From: Oscillospiraceae bacterium
Lineage (GTDB): Bacteria > Bacillota > Clostridia > Oscillospirales > Oscillospiraceae
NCBI GenBank assembly: GCA_910575815.1
Contig: CAJTFN010000001.1
Span: 264,507 to 304,506 of the forward strand
Direction of reading: 5' to 3'
Length of the DNA stretch: 40,000 bases
Positions 24,311-33,918 of the stretch are shown here, one piece after another. The notes below the pieces were generated by a model. That model saw only the letters and a list, made by a program, of their open reading frames with translations. It searched no databases and was not told the DNA's origin. How positions within the stretch are numbered: the stretch's first letter is position 1; every line of letters starts with the position of its first letter. Both the position numbers and the translations under genes were made by a program.

Positions 24311-25180
24311 ACCTTCAATCTGTATCCGATGGTTTTGGCCTTTGTGTACATCTATTATGTCATCCGGTATCTGACGCCGGAGTATCAGGCCGCCCACATC
24401 CTCCGCCAGGCGGAACGGGCGAAGGACAACGAGGAGCGGCGCCTCGTCCTGTATTCGCTGGAAGAGATGATGCTGACGTCGGTCCAGGCCGGTCAGGGCG
24501 GAAACGTCCGTCTGTACCAGGACGCCTTTTCAGACATCATCGCCATTTACGCGCACACGAAGGAGGAGCTGAACGCCGGCAGCCAGTGGGAGCCCGAGAA
24601 TCCCCTGCGGATGCTCCCGGACGTCATCGAACGGATTACCGACAGCCTGATAGACCACGGTATGCGGAATCTGCTGCACTTCAACGGGCACATTCTCCGG
24701 GAGCTCAGCGGAGCCAGCTACCAGGGAAACGCGGTTGTAGGAGTGGAAATTGCCGTGGCAGTGGAGCACATCGCCACCTCGTGCCTGGAGCGTTCCTGCG
24801 TCATCGATCTGACCAATTTCTGTGCAAACTTCATCTGGTGCGCCGACGAGGAGGACAACATCGACACCATCCTCTGGGGGACCCGGCTGCTGCTGGAACG
24901 GCTGAGCGACGACCCGTCTCCGGCGGAGATTACAGTGTTTAACAGCGTTGTGGGGGACCTGCGCCGCCTGATGGAGGAAAATGAACTTGAGGACGGGTTC
25001 CGGTACCGGCAGATGGCCGCCTATTTGAAGAGCCGGAAGAAGCTCATTCAGGCCTGTGTGGAATCCGGGCAAAACTACGCGGAAAAAGGCATTTCGGAAA
25101 TTCAGAAACTGGTAGACCAGAAATACAGCCCGCCGGGTCGAAACAAGGACAGAGCAAACAAGACTTCCGCCCCTTCCTGA
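24302..25180 (+). CDS. C-terminal fragment (fourth TM helix plus a soluble domain of about 270 aa) of the interrupted membrane-protein gene
   Basis: The frame is open from 24281. The track's ATG at 24329 has no RBS and would start inside a TM helix (MVLAFVYIYYVIRYL). The frame is contiguous with 6306-6680 if the element is removed. Confidence 0.55.
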   Translation, partial: YTITFNLYPMVLAFVYIYYVIRYLTPEYQAAHILRQAERAKDNEERRLVLYSLEEMMLTSVQAGQGGNVRLYQDAFSDIIAIYAHTKEELNAGSQWEPENPLRMLPDVIERITDSLIDHGMRNLLHFNGHILRELSGASYQGNAVVGVEIAVAVEHIATSCLERSCVIDLTNFCANFIWCADEEDNIDTILWGTRLLLERLSDDPSPAEITVFNSVVGDLRRLMEENELEDGFRYRQMAAYLKSRKKLIQACVESGQNYAEKGISEIQKLVDQKYSPPGRNKDRANKTSAPS

Positions 25181-25215
25181 GAAACGGCGGAAAGACAGCA
25201 AAGGAGACAAGCGCT

Positions 25216-26415
25216 ATGAAGTATGATTTTACTTCCATCATGGACCGCAAGGGGAGGGACTCCATTGCGGCGGACCGGATTCCCATCCCCGGAGGAATTG
25301 TGGGAGAGGGCTTCGATCCCATTCCCATGTGGGTGGCCGATATGAATTTCCCCACGGTTCCCACTGTTCAAGAGGCCATTCTCCAGCGGACCCAGCACCC
25401 GGCCTTCGGCTACTTTGAGCCCAGCCAGGAGTATTTCGACGCCATTATCCGCTGGCAGGAGACCCGCAATGGCGTCGCCGGCCTCACCCGGGACTGCATC
25501 GGCTATGAGAACGGCGTTCTGGGGGGTGTGGTCAGCGCCCTGAATGTGCTGTGCTCCAGGGGAGACAAGGTGCTGGTACACTCGCCCACCTATATTGGCT
25601 TCACCGCTTCCCTGGAGAACAACGGCTATCAGATCGTCCACTCTCCGCTGGTGCTGGACGGCGGGGGCGTCTGGCGAATGGACTTTGCGGATATGGAGCG
25701 GAAAATCGTGGAGCATCATATCCACACCGCCATTTTCTGCTCCCCCCACAATCCCTGCGGCCGGGTGTGGGAGCGGGAGGAGCTGGAACAGGTGATGGAG
25801 CTCTACCGGAAGCACGACGTGTTTGTGATTTCCGATGAGATCTGGTCCGACATCCTTCTATACGGCCACAAGCACATTCCCACGCAATCCGTCAGCCAGG
25901 ATGCCCGGAGCCGCACCGTGGCCATGTACGCGCCCTCCAAGACGTTTAATCTGGCGGGCCTGGTGGGCAGTTATCATATCATCTATGACCCCTGGCTCCG
26001 GGAGCGGTTCCGGAAGGAATCCTCGCTGTCCCATTACAACAGCATGAACGTCCTCTCCATGCACGCCCTGATCGGGGCCTACCGCCCCGAGGGATATCAG
26101 TGGGTGGACGAGCTCTGTCAGGTGCTGACGGGGAACGTGGACTTCGCCTATGGCTTCATAAAGGAGCGCTTCCAGGGCGTGGAGGTCTCCAGACCCCAGG
26201 GGACGTATATGCTGTTTCTGGACTGCACCCAATGGTGCCGGGCCCATGGGCAGACCATCGATCAACTCCAGCGCGCCGGTGTGGCGGTGGGGGTCATCTG
26301 GCAGGATGGGCGGCCCTTTCACGGACCCTGTCACATCCGGATGAATCTGGCCCTGCCTCTGAGCCGGGTAGAGGAGGCTTTCCGGCGGCTGGACCAGCAC
26401 GTGTTTCACCCATAA
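25216..26415 (+). CDS. MalY/PatB-type PLP-dependent C-S lyase (class I/II aminotransferase fold)
   Basis: 399 aa; N-terminus MKYDFTSIMDRKGRDSIAAD..., PLP-lysine motif YAPSKTFNLAGL, and ...SPHNPCGRVW.... Confidence 0.8.
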   Translation: MKYDFTSIMDRKGRDSIAADRIPIPGGIVGEGFDPIPMWVADMNFPTVPTVQEAILQRTQHPAFGYFEPSQEYFDAIIRWQETRNGVAGLTRDCIGYENGVLGGVVSALNVLCSRGDKVLVHSPTYIGFTASLENNGYQIVHSPLVLDGGGVWRMDFADMERKIVEHHIHTAIFCSPHNPCGRVWEREELEQVMELYRKHDVFVISDEIWSDILLYGHKHIPTQSVSQDARSRTVAMYAPSKTFNLAGLVGSYHIIYDPWLRERFRKESSLSHYNSMNVLSMHALIGAYRPEGYQWVDELCQVLTGNVDFAYGFIKERFQGVEVSRPQGTYMLFLDCTQWCRAHGQTIDQLQRAGVAVGVIWQDGRPFHGPCHIRMNLALPLSRVEEAFRRLDQHVFHP

Positions 26416-26448
26416 CGAAGAGCGCGGAACGAAAGCTTCCCGCTGGTA

Positions 26449-26495
26449 AAACAACCGTCCCCGGCGGCCATGACCGCCGGGGACGGTTGTTTGTC
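26449..26495 (+). terminator. rho-independent terminator
   Basis: AAACAACCGTCCCCGGCGG / CCGCCGGGGACGGTTGTTT form a long perfect stem, followed by GTCCTTTGG. Confidence 0.5.
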
Positions 26496-26608
26496 CTTTG
26501 GAAGGCCGCTGGAAGGCCACCCAGGGTCGATTTCAACTTCTCTGACTATACCGGAGAAGGGCGGGCAGACTAGAGAGAGCGTGCGAAGGTCCTGGGAAAA
26601 AAGAGGGC

Positions 26609-27502
26609 TCAGCTCTGCGGGCAATACGAGAGGGAATCATGCCGGTGGGCGGCAAACTCACTGGGGTTGCAGTTAAACTCCCGTTTGAAGGCTTTGAGAT
26701 AGTTGGAGTAGTCGTTGAAACCGCACTCCATGCAGGCAGTGGTGACGGAGGCCCCGCTGCGGAGCAGGTCCCGGGAGATGGCAACCCGCTTTTTGATGAT
26801 GTATTGATAGATGCTCATGCCAGTATAGCGCTTGAACTGCTTGCTCAGGTAAAATTTGCTGATGTAAAATTCCCGGGCGATGTCGTCTAAAGACAGATTC
26901 AGAGCGATATTTTGATTGATATAGTCCAAGATAAGGTTGATTTTCTGGCTCTCGGTCACGTCCTCCCGGGGAAGCTCCGAGGTTTCGAAATAGCAGCGGC
27001 AGACCTCCACCAGAAACTCAAACAGATACGCGCACACCAGGGTATAGCTCCCCAGAGCCTGGCTGTTTTGGGCCATGGAGATCTGATGGCAAAGAGTCCG
27101 CATACGGATGAGGCCACCGTGACTGGGACGGATGCGGCGGTAGTCTTTCCGGGCGGCATCGGCAAAGCAGGAGGCCAGATCGTCCCCTCCGGCCAGAAGC
27201 TGCTCGAAAAAGCGGTCTTCCAGCCACACGATGATCCGCTCATAGGGTTTTCCGGGGAAAATCTCCGGCCGGTGAATATCCAAGCTGTTGGTCAGCAGAA
27301 TATCCCCGGGGCGGAGCTTGTACGTCTTGCCCTCGATGGTGTAGTTCACGTTGCCGTCCAGAAAGAAGAAGAGCTCGTAAAAGGGGTGCTGGTGGAATTC
27401 CACCTTCGGGGGAACGCTGTCCAGATAGTGGTAGAACTCAAAGGCGGATTTTCCCAGCATGACCTGACGGTCCGTCCAAATGTCTTTGTTCATATCTGAC
27501 AA
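26609..27502 (-). CDS. AraC-family transcriptional regulator (cupin sensor plus HTH)
   Basis: 297 aa; N-terminal cupin-like FHQHPFYELFFFLDG. C-terminal AraC HTH region ...LSLDDIAREFYISKFYLSKQFKRYTGMSIYQYIIKKRV.... Divergent from the TRAP/uronate operon. Confidence 0.85.
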   Translation of the reverse strand: MSDMNKDIWTDRQVMLGKSAFEFYHYLDSVPPKVEFHQHPFYELFFFLDGNVNYTIEGKTYKLRPGDILLTNSLDIHRPEIFPGKPYERIIVWLEDRFFEQLLAGGDDLASCFADAARKDYRRIRPSHGGLIRMRTLCHQISMAQNSQALGSYTLVCAYLFEFLVEVCRCYFETSELPREDVTESQKINLILDYINQNIALNLSLDDIAREFYISKFYLSKQFKRYTGMSIYQYIIKKRVAISRDLLRSGASVTTACMECGFNDYSNYLKAFKREFNCNPSEFAAHRHDSLSYCPQS

Positions 27503-27741
27503 AAATCACCCCGAGTTTTTTATTTTATTCTAGTATACAGCAATTTTCACCAGATTTCAAGCTGAAAATACCATGTGGAAAAGTGCCGTGTTTGCTACAA
27601 TACCAGTATAGAAAACAAACGGGCCGGCCGGTTGTTTTCAAACTGCGTTCCATAAGCAAGGATTTCTCTTGAAGCCAAATCTCTCAAAAAGCGTTTTAAG
27701 ACCATACGCTTTCAAAAAAGACAAAGGAGGACATAAGTTGC

Positions 27742-28755
27742 ATGAGAATGTTTCCGAAGACCGCCGCCGCCCTGCTATGCATGCTTTTTCTGGCTGCCTC
27801 GCTGTCCGGATGTTCCAGCGGGGAGAAACGGATCGTCCGCATTGGACACAACCAAGCCACCGACCACCCGACGAATGTAGCGCTTCTGGCCTTTGAGGAG
27901 TATATCGAGGGCGAGCTGGGGGACCGCTACGAGGTGGAGGTCTACCCCAGCGAGCTCCTGGGCTCCCAGACGGATATGGTCCAGCTAACCCAGACGGGGG
28001 CCATTGACTTCTGCGTGGCCAGCAACTCCATTCTGGAGACCTTCTCCAAGGACTATACCCTCTTCAACCTGCCCTATCTCTTCGTCTCCAGCGAGGCCTA
28101 TCACCAGGCTATGGACGACCCGGAGATCACCGGGCCCATCTTCGAGTCCACCCGGCAGGCGGGATTCCAGGCGGTGACGTGGATTGACGCGGGCACCCGG
28201 AATTTTTACACCGTGAACACCCCCATTGAGTCCCCGGCGGACCTGAAGGGTCTGAAAATCCGGGTTCAACAGTCCCCCACCAACGTGGCGATGATGAGTC
28301 TCCTGGGGGGCTCCGCCACCCCCATGGGCTTTGGCGAGGTGTACACCGCGCTGCAATCGAAGGTGATTGACGGCGCGGAGAACAACGAGCTGGCCCTGAC
28401 CTCCAACGGCCACGGCGATGTCTGCAAGTTCTATTCATACGACATGCACCAAATGATTCCCGACATTCTCATCGGAAACTGCGGCTTTCTGGACAGCCTC
28501 TCCCCGGAGGAGCGTGCGGTCTTTGAGGAGGGCTTCCGGATGGTGAACACGGTGGAGCGCCAGGAGTGGGGCAAGGCCGTGGAGGCCGCCAAGGACCGGG
28601 CCGCCAACCAGCAGGGGGTGACCTTCCTCTACCCCGAGGTCCAGCCCTTCCAGGACATCTGCACGCCGATGCACCGGGACCTCCTGGAGGATTACCCGGA
28701 CCTGGCGCCCATCTATGAGGGCATCCAGGCCTGGAATGCCGCCTGCGCGGAATGA
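27742..28755 (+). CDS. TRAP transporter substrate-binding protein (DctP family)
   Basis: 337 aa; signal peptide with lipobox LAASLSGC. DctP-like body; followed by Q and M subunits. Confidence 0.85.
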   Translation: MRMFPKTAAALLCMLFLAASLSGCSSGEKRIVRIGHNQATDHPTNVALLAFEEYIEGELGDRYEVEVYPSELLGSQTDMVQLTQTGAIDFCVASNSILETFSKDYTLFNLPYLFVSSEAYHQAMDDPEITGPIFESTRQAGFQAVTWIDAGTRNFYTVNTPIESPADLKGLKIRVQQSPTNVAMMSLLGGSATPMGFGEVYTALQSKVIDGAENNELALTSNGHGDVCKFYSYDMHQMIPDILIGNCGFLDSLSPEERAVFEEGFRMVNTVERQEWGKAVEAAKDRAANQQGVTFLYPEVQPFQDICTPMHRDLLEDYPDLAPIYEGIQAWNAACAE

Positions 28756-28772
28756 GAAAGGAGAGAAGACGT

Positions 28773-29261
28773 ATGAAGAACGTTCGAGCCCTTTTGACCC
28801 GGCTGCTGAACCTCCTGGCGGGGACCAGCTTTTTGGTTATGGTTGCCCTGACCTGCTGGCAGGTGTTTACCCGCTATATTTTGAGCAGCCCCTCCTCCTG
28901 GTCGGAGGAGCTGGTCTCCTATATGTTCGCATGGATGAGCCTTTTGGGCGCGTCCCTGGTGACGTCGGAGCGGGGTCACATGAACATCCCCATTCTGGTG
29001 GACCTGGCCGGTCCGGGGGGACGGAAGCTGCTGCAATGCCTGGGAGAGATCATCGCCTTTTTGTTCTCGCTGATAATCCTGACCTTCGGCGGCGTTCAGA
29101 TTGCCCAGCTGGCCATGGGCCAGATGACCTCGTCCCTGGGGGTGCCCATTGGAATTTTCTACGTGGTGCTGCCCCTGTGCGGCGTCTTGAACATGCTTTT
29201 TATTCTGCTGAACATCCTGGAAATTCTCAAAGGCAACGATTCGGAAAAGGAGGCGGCGTAA
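28773..29261 (+). CDS. TRAP transporter small permease (DctQ family)
   Basis: The track ORF starts at 28752. The ATG at 28773 is preferred because AAAGGAGAG lies 8-9 nt upstream. Four TM segments. Confidence 0.8.
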   Translation: MKNVRALLTRLLNLLAGTSFLVMVALTCWQVFTRYILSSPSSWSEELVSYMFAWMSLLGASLVTSERGHMNIPILVDLAGPGGRKLLQCLGEIIAFLFSLIILTFGGVQIAQLAMGQMTSSLGVPIGIFYVVLPLCGVLNMLFILLNILEILKGNDSEKEAA

Positions 29262-30563
29262 ATGGCGATTTCCTCACTGTTTCTCATTCTGGCAATTTTG
29301 CTTCTGCTTCTGGCCCTGGGGGTGCCGATTGCCTATTCCATCGGCATCGCGGCCCTGACGGCCATCCTGCCCACCATGTCCCTGGATGTGTCCGTGGTGA
29401 CGGCGGCCCAGCGTACCTTCGTGGGCATGAGCAGCTTCAGCCTCACGGCCATTCCCTTCTTCATCCTGGCGGGAAACCTGATGAACCAGGGCGGCATCGC
29501 CAGGCGGCTGGTGGACTTCGTCATGGCGCTGCTTGGAAAGCTCCCCGGCGCCCTGCTGGTGACCAACGCCGGGGCCAACGCCCTCTTTGGGGCCATCTCC
29601 GGCTCCGCCTCCGCGGCGGCGGCGGCCGTGGGCAGCATGGTCCGGGAAGGGGAGGAGCGGCAGGGCTACGATCCAGCCCTCTGCGCGGCCACCAACGGGG
29701 CCTCTGCCCCCTCCGGCCTTTTGATTCCCCCCTCCAACGCCCTGATTACCTACTCTCTGGCCTCCGGAGGCACCTCCGTGGCGGCGCTGTTTTTGGGAGG
29801 CTACGTGCCGGGGCTTTTGTGGACCGTCTGCTGCATCTTCGTAGGGGTGCTCCTGGCGAAGCGCAAGGGCTACCAGGGTATCCCCGGCAAGTATGACTGG
29901 GGGAACCTGGGCCGGGCCACCTTGAGAGCCATTCCCGCCCTCTCCCTCATTGTCGTGGTCATCGGCGGCATTGTGGGCGGCGTCTTCACCGCCACCGAGG
30001 GCTCCGCCATCGCCGTAGTTTACGCGCTGATCCTGGGCGTGTGCTACCGCAGTATGACCTGGAAATCCTTCTGGAATATTGTGGTGGACAGTGCTAAAAT
30101 GAGCGGTATGGTGGTCTTTCTCATCGGTGTGTCCAACATCCTGGGCTGGGTGATGTCCTTCAATCAGATTCCCCAGGCGGTTTCCGCCGCCCTGCTGGGT
30201 CTGACGGAGAACAAGTTTCTGATTCTCCTTATTATGAACCTCATCCTCCTGGTGGCCGGTACATTCATGGACGTGACCCCCGCCATCTTGATCTTCACGC
30301 CCTTGTTCCTGCCCATCGTTAAGACCTTTGGTTTGCACCCGGTCCACTTCGGCCTGATCCTGGTATACAACCTCTGCATCGGCAACATCACGCCTCCGGT
30401 GGGAAATACCCTCTTCGTGTCCATCAAGGTGGGGCGCACCACCCTGGCCAGGACCATTCCCTATATGCTCTGGTATTACGCCGCCATTCTGGTAGGACTG
30501 ATGCTGGTCACCTATATTCCCGCCCTCAGCATGGGGCTCCCCGGATTGGCGGGGCTTGTGTGA
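29262..30563 (+). CDS. TRAP transporter large permease (DctM family)
   Basis: 433-aa polytopic protein, abutting the DctQ stop. Confidence 0.9.
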   Translation: MAISSLFLILAILLLLLALGVPIAYSIGIAALTAILPTMSLDVSVVTAAQRTFVGMSSFSLTAIPFFILAGNLMNQGGIARRLVDFVMALLGKLPGALLVTNAGANALFGAISGSASAAAAAVGSMVREGEERQGYDPALCAATNGASAPSGLLIPPSNALITYSLASGGTSVAALFLGGYVPGLLWTVCCIFVGVLLAKRKGYQGIPGKYDWGNLGRATLRAIPALSLIVVVIGGIVGGVFTATEGSAIAVVYALILGVCYRSMTWKSFWNIVVDSAKMSGMVVFLIGVSNILGWVMSFNQIPQAVSAALLGLTENKFLILLIMNLILLVAGTFMDVTPAILIFTPLFLPIVKTFGLHPVHFGLILVYNLCIGNITPPVGNTLFVSIKVGRTTLARTIPYMLWYYAAILVGLMLVTYIPALSMGLPGLAGLV

Positions 30564-30685
30564 GAGGCAGGCCGAATTCCCGGTTTTCTGTTCCGGAATT
30601 GGACCTGCGCGCAGGCGGACAAATTTTTGTTGCAGCCCGCCAGGGCGTTTGAACCCCTGGCGATGATAGAAAGGAGAACATTGTT

Positions 30686-31738
30686 ATGAAAAGTTCCTTC
30701 CGCTGGTATGGGGAGAGCGATCCCGTCACCCTGGACGCCATCCGGCAGATTCCCGGTATGCGTTCCATTGTTTCCGCCGTCTACGACGTGAAGCCCGGAG
30801 AGGTTTGGCCGGAGGAGAGCATCAAGCGCCTGGCGGACCTCTGCGCCGAAAAGGGCTTGGTCTTCGATGTGGTGGAATCCATTCCCGTCACCGAGGAGAT
30901 CAAGCTGGGCCGTCCGGAGCGGGAGCGGCACATTGAAAACTACTGCGAGTCCATCCGCCGCTGTGCCAAGTATGGTGTCAAGTGCGTCACGTACAACTTC
31001 ATGCCCGTCTTCGACTGGACCCGGACCCAGCTGGACAAGGCTGCCGAGGACGGCTCCACCAGCTTGGTCATGTACTGGGAGCAGATGAAGGGCCTGGATC
31101 CCCTGAAGGACGACATTCACCTTCCCGGCTGGGACTCCAGCTATACCCAGGATCAGGTCCGGGATTTGATCCGGGCCTACGGCGAGCTGGGGGAAGAGGG
31201 CCTGTGGAGCAACATCGAGTATTTCCTCAAACGGGTTATCCCCGTGGCGGAGGAGTGCGGCGTGGTGATGGCGCTCCATCCGGACGATCCCCCGTATCCC
31301 ATCTTCGGCCTGCCCCGGGTCATCACCTGCGAGAAAAACCTGGACCGCTATCTCTCCATTGTTGACAGCCCCAGCAACAGCCTGTGCCTGTGCACCGGCT
31401 CTCTGGGCTGCTCTCCGGAGAACGACATTCCCGCCCTGGTTCGAAAATACTCCGCCATGGGCCGCATCGGCTTCATGCATCTGCGGAATGTGAAAATCCT
31501 GCCGGACACCTCCTTCGAGGAGTGTGGGCACCTGACACAAAACGGCTCTCTGGATATGAACGCCATCATCAAGGCCCTGACGGACACCGGGTTCACCGGC
31601 TGGTTCCGCCCGGACCACGGGCGCATGATCTGGGGCGAGACCGGCAAGCCCGGCTACGGCCTCTATGACCGGGCCCTGGGCAGCGCCTACCTCAACGGCC
31701 TCATTGAGGCCAATGGCGGCGAGATCGAGGTGGTCTGA
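30686..31738 (+). CDS. uxuA: mannonate dehydratase
   Basis: N-terminus [21 protein letters not shown]... and ...[15 protein letters not shown]... closely parallel E. coli UxuA. Confidence 0.9.
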   Translation: MKSSFRWYGESDPVTLDAIRQIPGMRSIVSAVYDVKPGEVWPEESIKRLADLCAEKGLVFDVVESIPVTEEIKLGRPERERHIENYCESIRRCAKYGVKCVTYNFMPVFDWTRTQLDKAAEDGSTSLVMYWEQMKGLDPLKDDIHLPGWDSSYTQDQVRDLIRAYGELGEEGLWSNIEYFLKRVIPVAEECGVVMALHPDDPPYPIFGLPRVITCEKNLDRYLSIVDSPSNSLCLCTGSLGCSPENDIPALVRKYSAMGRIGFMHLRNVKILPDTSFEECGHLTQNGSLDMNAIIKALTDTGFTGWFRPDHGRMIWGETGKPGYGLYDRALGSAYLNGLIEANGGEIEVV

Positions 31739-31741
31739 CCG

Positions 31742-33142
31742 ATGACAGGGTTCATGGACCAGGACTTCCTGCTCTCCACGGGGACGGCCAGAGACCTCTA
31801 CCACGGCACGGCGGAGGGGCTCCCCATCATCGATTACCACTGCCACATCGATCCCCGGGAGATCGCGGAGGACCGCTGCTTCGACAGCGTCACCCAGGTC
31901 TGGCTGGGGGGAGACCACTACAAATGGCGGCTCATGCGGGCCGCCGGGGTGCCGGAGGAAAAGATTACCGGCGGCGCCTCCGACTGGGAGAAGTTCGAGG
32001 CCTTCGCCTGGACGATGCCTCAGCTCATCGGGAATCCGATTTACCACTGGAGCCATCTGGAGCTCCAGCGGGGCTTTGGGATCACCGAGCCCTTGACGCC
32101 GGACAGCGCCCGGAGAATCTACGACGAGGCCAACGAGAAGCTGAAAGGCCGCACGGCCCGGCAGCTGATGCGCCAGTTTGACGTGAAGGCCATCTGTACC
32201 ACCGACGACCCGGCGGACGACCTCCGCTGGCACGAGGCCATCGCCGCCGACGGGACCATGACGGTTCGGGTGCTGCCGGCCTTTCGCCCCGACCGGGCCG
32301 TTCACATCGATAAGCCCGGCTTTGACAGCTATATCCGCCGCTTGGGCGAGACGGTGGGCCGGGAGCTGACCTCCGCCGCCGGCGTGGCCGTGGCTCTGGC
32401 GGAGCGGGTGGATTATTTTGACAAACGGGGCTGTCTCTGTGCCGATCACGGCTTGGACAGCTGCATGTACGCCCCGGCGGACCCGGAGACCGCGAATATC
32501 GCCTTTCGAAAGGCCCTGGCGGGCCAGACGCCCTCCCCGGCGGAGGCGGACGCCTATAAGACCTTCCTGACGGTTTCCTGCGCCCGGGAGTACGCCAAGC
32601 GGAACTGGGTGATGCAGATTCACTTTGGCTGCCTCCGGAATGTGAACCGGCCCGCCGTGGCCCGGATGGGCCCGGACCACGGACACGACGCCGTGAACAG
32701 CCGGAGCGGCGCGGAGAATCTGGGGGCTCTCCTCAACGCCTTTTTGGAAAACGGGGGACTCCCGAAAATGGTCGTATATTCCCTCAACCCCTCGGACAAC
32801 ATCGCCATCGACTCCATTCTCGCCTGCTTCCAGGGGGAAGGGGTCCCCGGCCGGCTCCAGCACGGCAGCGCTTGGTGGTTCAACGACAGCCGCCCCGGTA
32901 TGCGGGCCCATCTGACCGACCTGGCCAGCAACGGCGTGCTGGGCCGGTTCGTGGGAATGTTGACGGATTCCCGCTCCTTCCTCAGCTACACCCGGCATGA
33001 GTATTTCCGCCGGATTCTCTGCGAGCTTTTGGGCGAGTGGGTGGAGAGCGGCCAGTATCCCCGGGACGAGGAGAGGCTGCGCCGCCTGACGGCCGACATC
33101 TGCTTCCACAATACCAATCAATTTTTCCGCTTCGGCCTTTGA
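31742..33142 (+). CDS. uxaC: glucuronate (uronate) isomerase
   Basis: MTGFMDQDFLLSTGTARDLYH...PIIDYHCHIDP...GDHYKWRLMRAAGV parallels E. coli UxaC. Confidence 0.9.
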   Translation: MTGFMDQDFLLSTGTARDLYHGTAEGLPIIDYHCHIDPREIAEDRCFDSVTQVWLGGDHYKWRLMRAAGVPEEKITGGASDWEKFEAFAWTMPQLIGNPIYHWSHLELQRGFGITEPLTPDSARRIYDEANEKLKGRTARQLMRQFDVKAICTTDDPADDLRWHEAIAADGTMTVRVLPAFRPDRAVHIDKPGFDSYIRRLGETVGRELTSAAGVAVALAERVDYFDKRGCLCADHGLDSCMYAPADPETANIAFRKALAGQTPSPAEADAYKTFLTVSCAREYAKRNWVMQIHFGCLRNVNRPAVARMGPDHGHDAVNSRSGAENLGALLNAFLENGGLPKMVVYSLNPSDNIAIDSILACFQGEGVPGRLQHGSAWWFNDSRPGMRAHLTDLASNGVLGRFVGMLTDSRSFLSYTRHEYFRRILCELLGEWVESGQYPRDEERLRRLTADICFHNTNQFFRFGL

Positions 33143-33236
33143 GCCCGGCAGGGAACAACCTGCCTTCCGGGCCCGGCGGGAGAACGTCCGGGCCTGGAGA
33201 CAGGCTTGCAGTTTTGAACAGAAAGGAACCATCCTA

Positions 33237-33881
33237 ATGAACGCCATGAACGAAGCGATATCCAAGATCGGCGTGGTGCCGGTCATCAAGCTGAGCGATC
33301 CGGAGCGGGACGCGGCGCCGCTGGCCAAAGCCCTGTGCGCCGGCGGAGTGCCGGTGGCGGAGGTCACCTTCCGGGCCGCCGGGGCGGACCAGGCCATCCG
33401 GCTCATGCGGGAGGCCGTCCCGGAGATGATCGTCGGAGCGGGAACGGTTACGGAGACAAGCCAGATCGACGCGGTGCTGGCCGCGGGAGGCCAGTTCGTG
33501 GTCACCCCCGGCTTCGACCCGGAGCTGGTGGCCTATGCCCAGGAGAAAAATATCCCGATCTATCCCGGCTGCACCACCCCCACAGATTATCACGCGGCCC
33601 TGAAATTTGGCCTGGAGGTGCTGAAATTCTTTCCGGCGGAGCAGTCTGGGGGGTTGGCGAAGATCAAGGCCATGAGCGCGCCCTTCCCCCAGTTCAAGGT
33701 CATGCCCACTGGAGGCATCTCCCTGAAAAACCTGGGAGAATACCTCCGCTCTCCCATTGTCGCCGCCTGCGGCGGGTCCTACATGGTTACCGCCGACCTC
33801 ATTGAGGGCGGAAAGTGGGACGAGATCACCGCACTTTGCAAAAAGTCCAGGGACATCGTGGAGGAGGCCCGGCGTGGCTGA
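33237..33881 (+). CDS. eda: 2-dehydro-3-deoxyphosphogluconate (KDPG) aldolase
   Basis: 214 aa; motifs GVVPVIK, VAEVTFR, GAGTV and MPTGGIS are typical of Eda-family aldolases. Confidence 0.85.
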   Translation: MNAMNEAISKIGVVPVIKLSDPERDAAPLAKALCAGGVPVAEVTFRAAGADQAIRLMREAVPEMIVGAGTVTETSQIDAVLAAGGQFVVTPGFDPELVAYAQEKNIPIYPGCTTPTDYHAALKFGLEVLKFFPAEQSGGLAKIKAMSAPFPQFKVMPTGGISLKNLGEYLRSPIVAACGGSYMVTADLIEGGKWDEITALCKKSRDIVEEARRG

Positions 33882-33918
33882 GTACCGGCTGACCTCTGCC
33901 GCGGGGGTACCGGGCGGA

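Noticed and set aside
28715-30347. 393-aa plus-strand and 357-aa minus-strand ORFs over the TRAP Q/M genes
   Set aside because: Off-frame or antisense shadows with Gly/Arg/Pro-rich translations. The DctQ/DctM frames give coherent TM proteins.
30512-33505. 997-aa minus-strand ORF, the longest in the window
   Set aside because: It spans uxuA, uxaC and part of eda, including their intergenic gaps. Its translation is Pro/Gly/Ala/Arg-rich with no motifs. The plus-strand products align convincingly with E. coli UxuA and UxaC N-termini.
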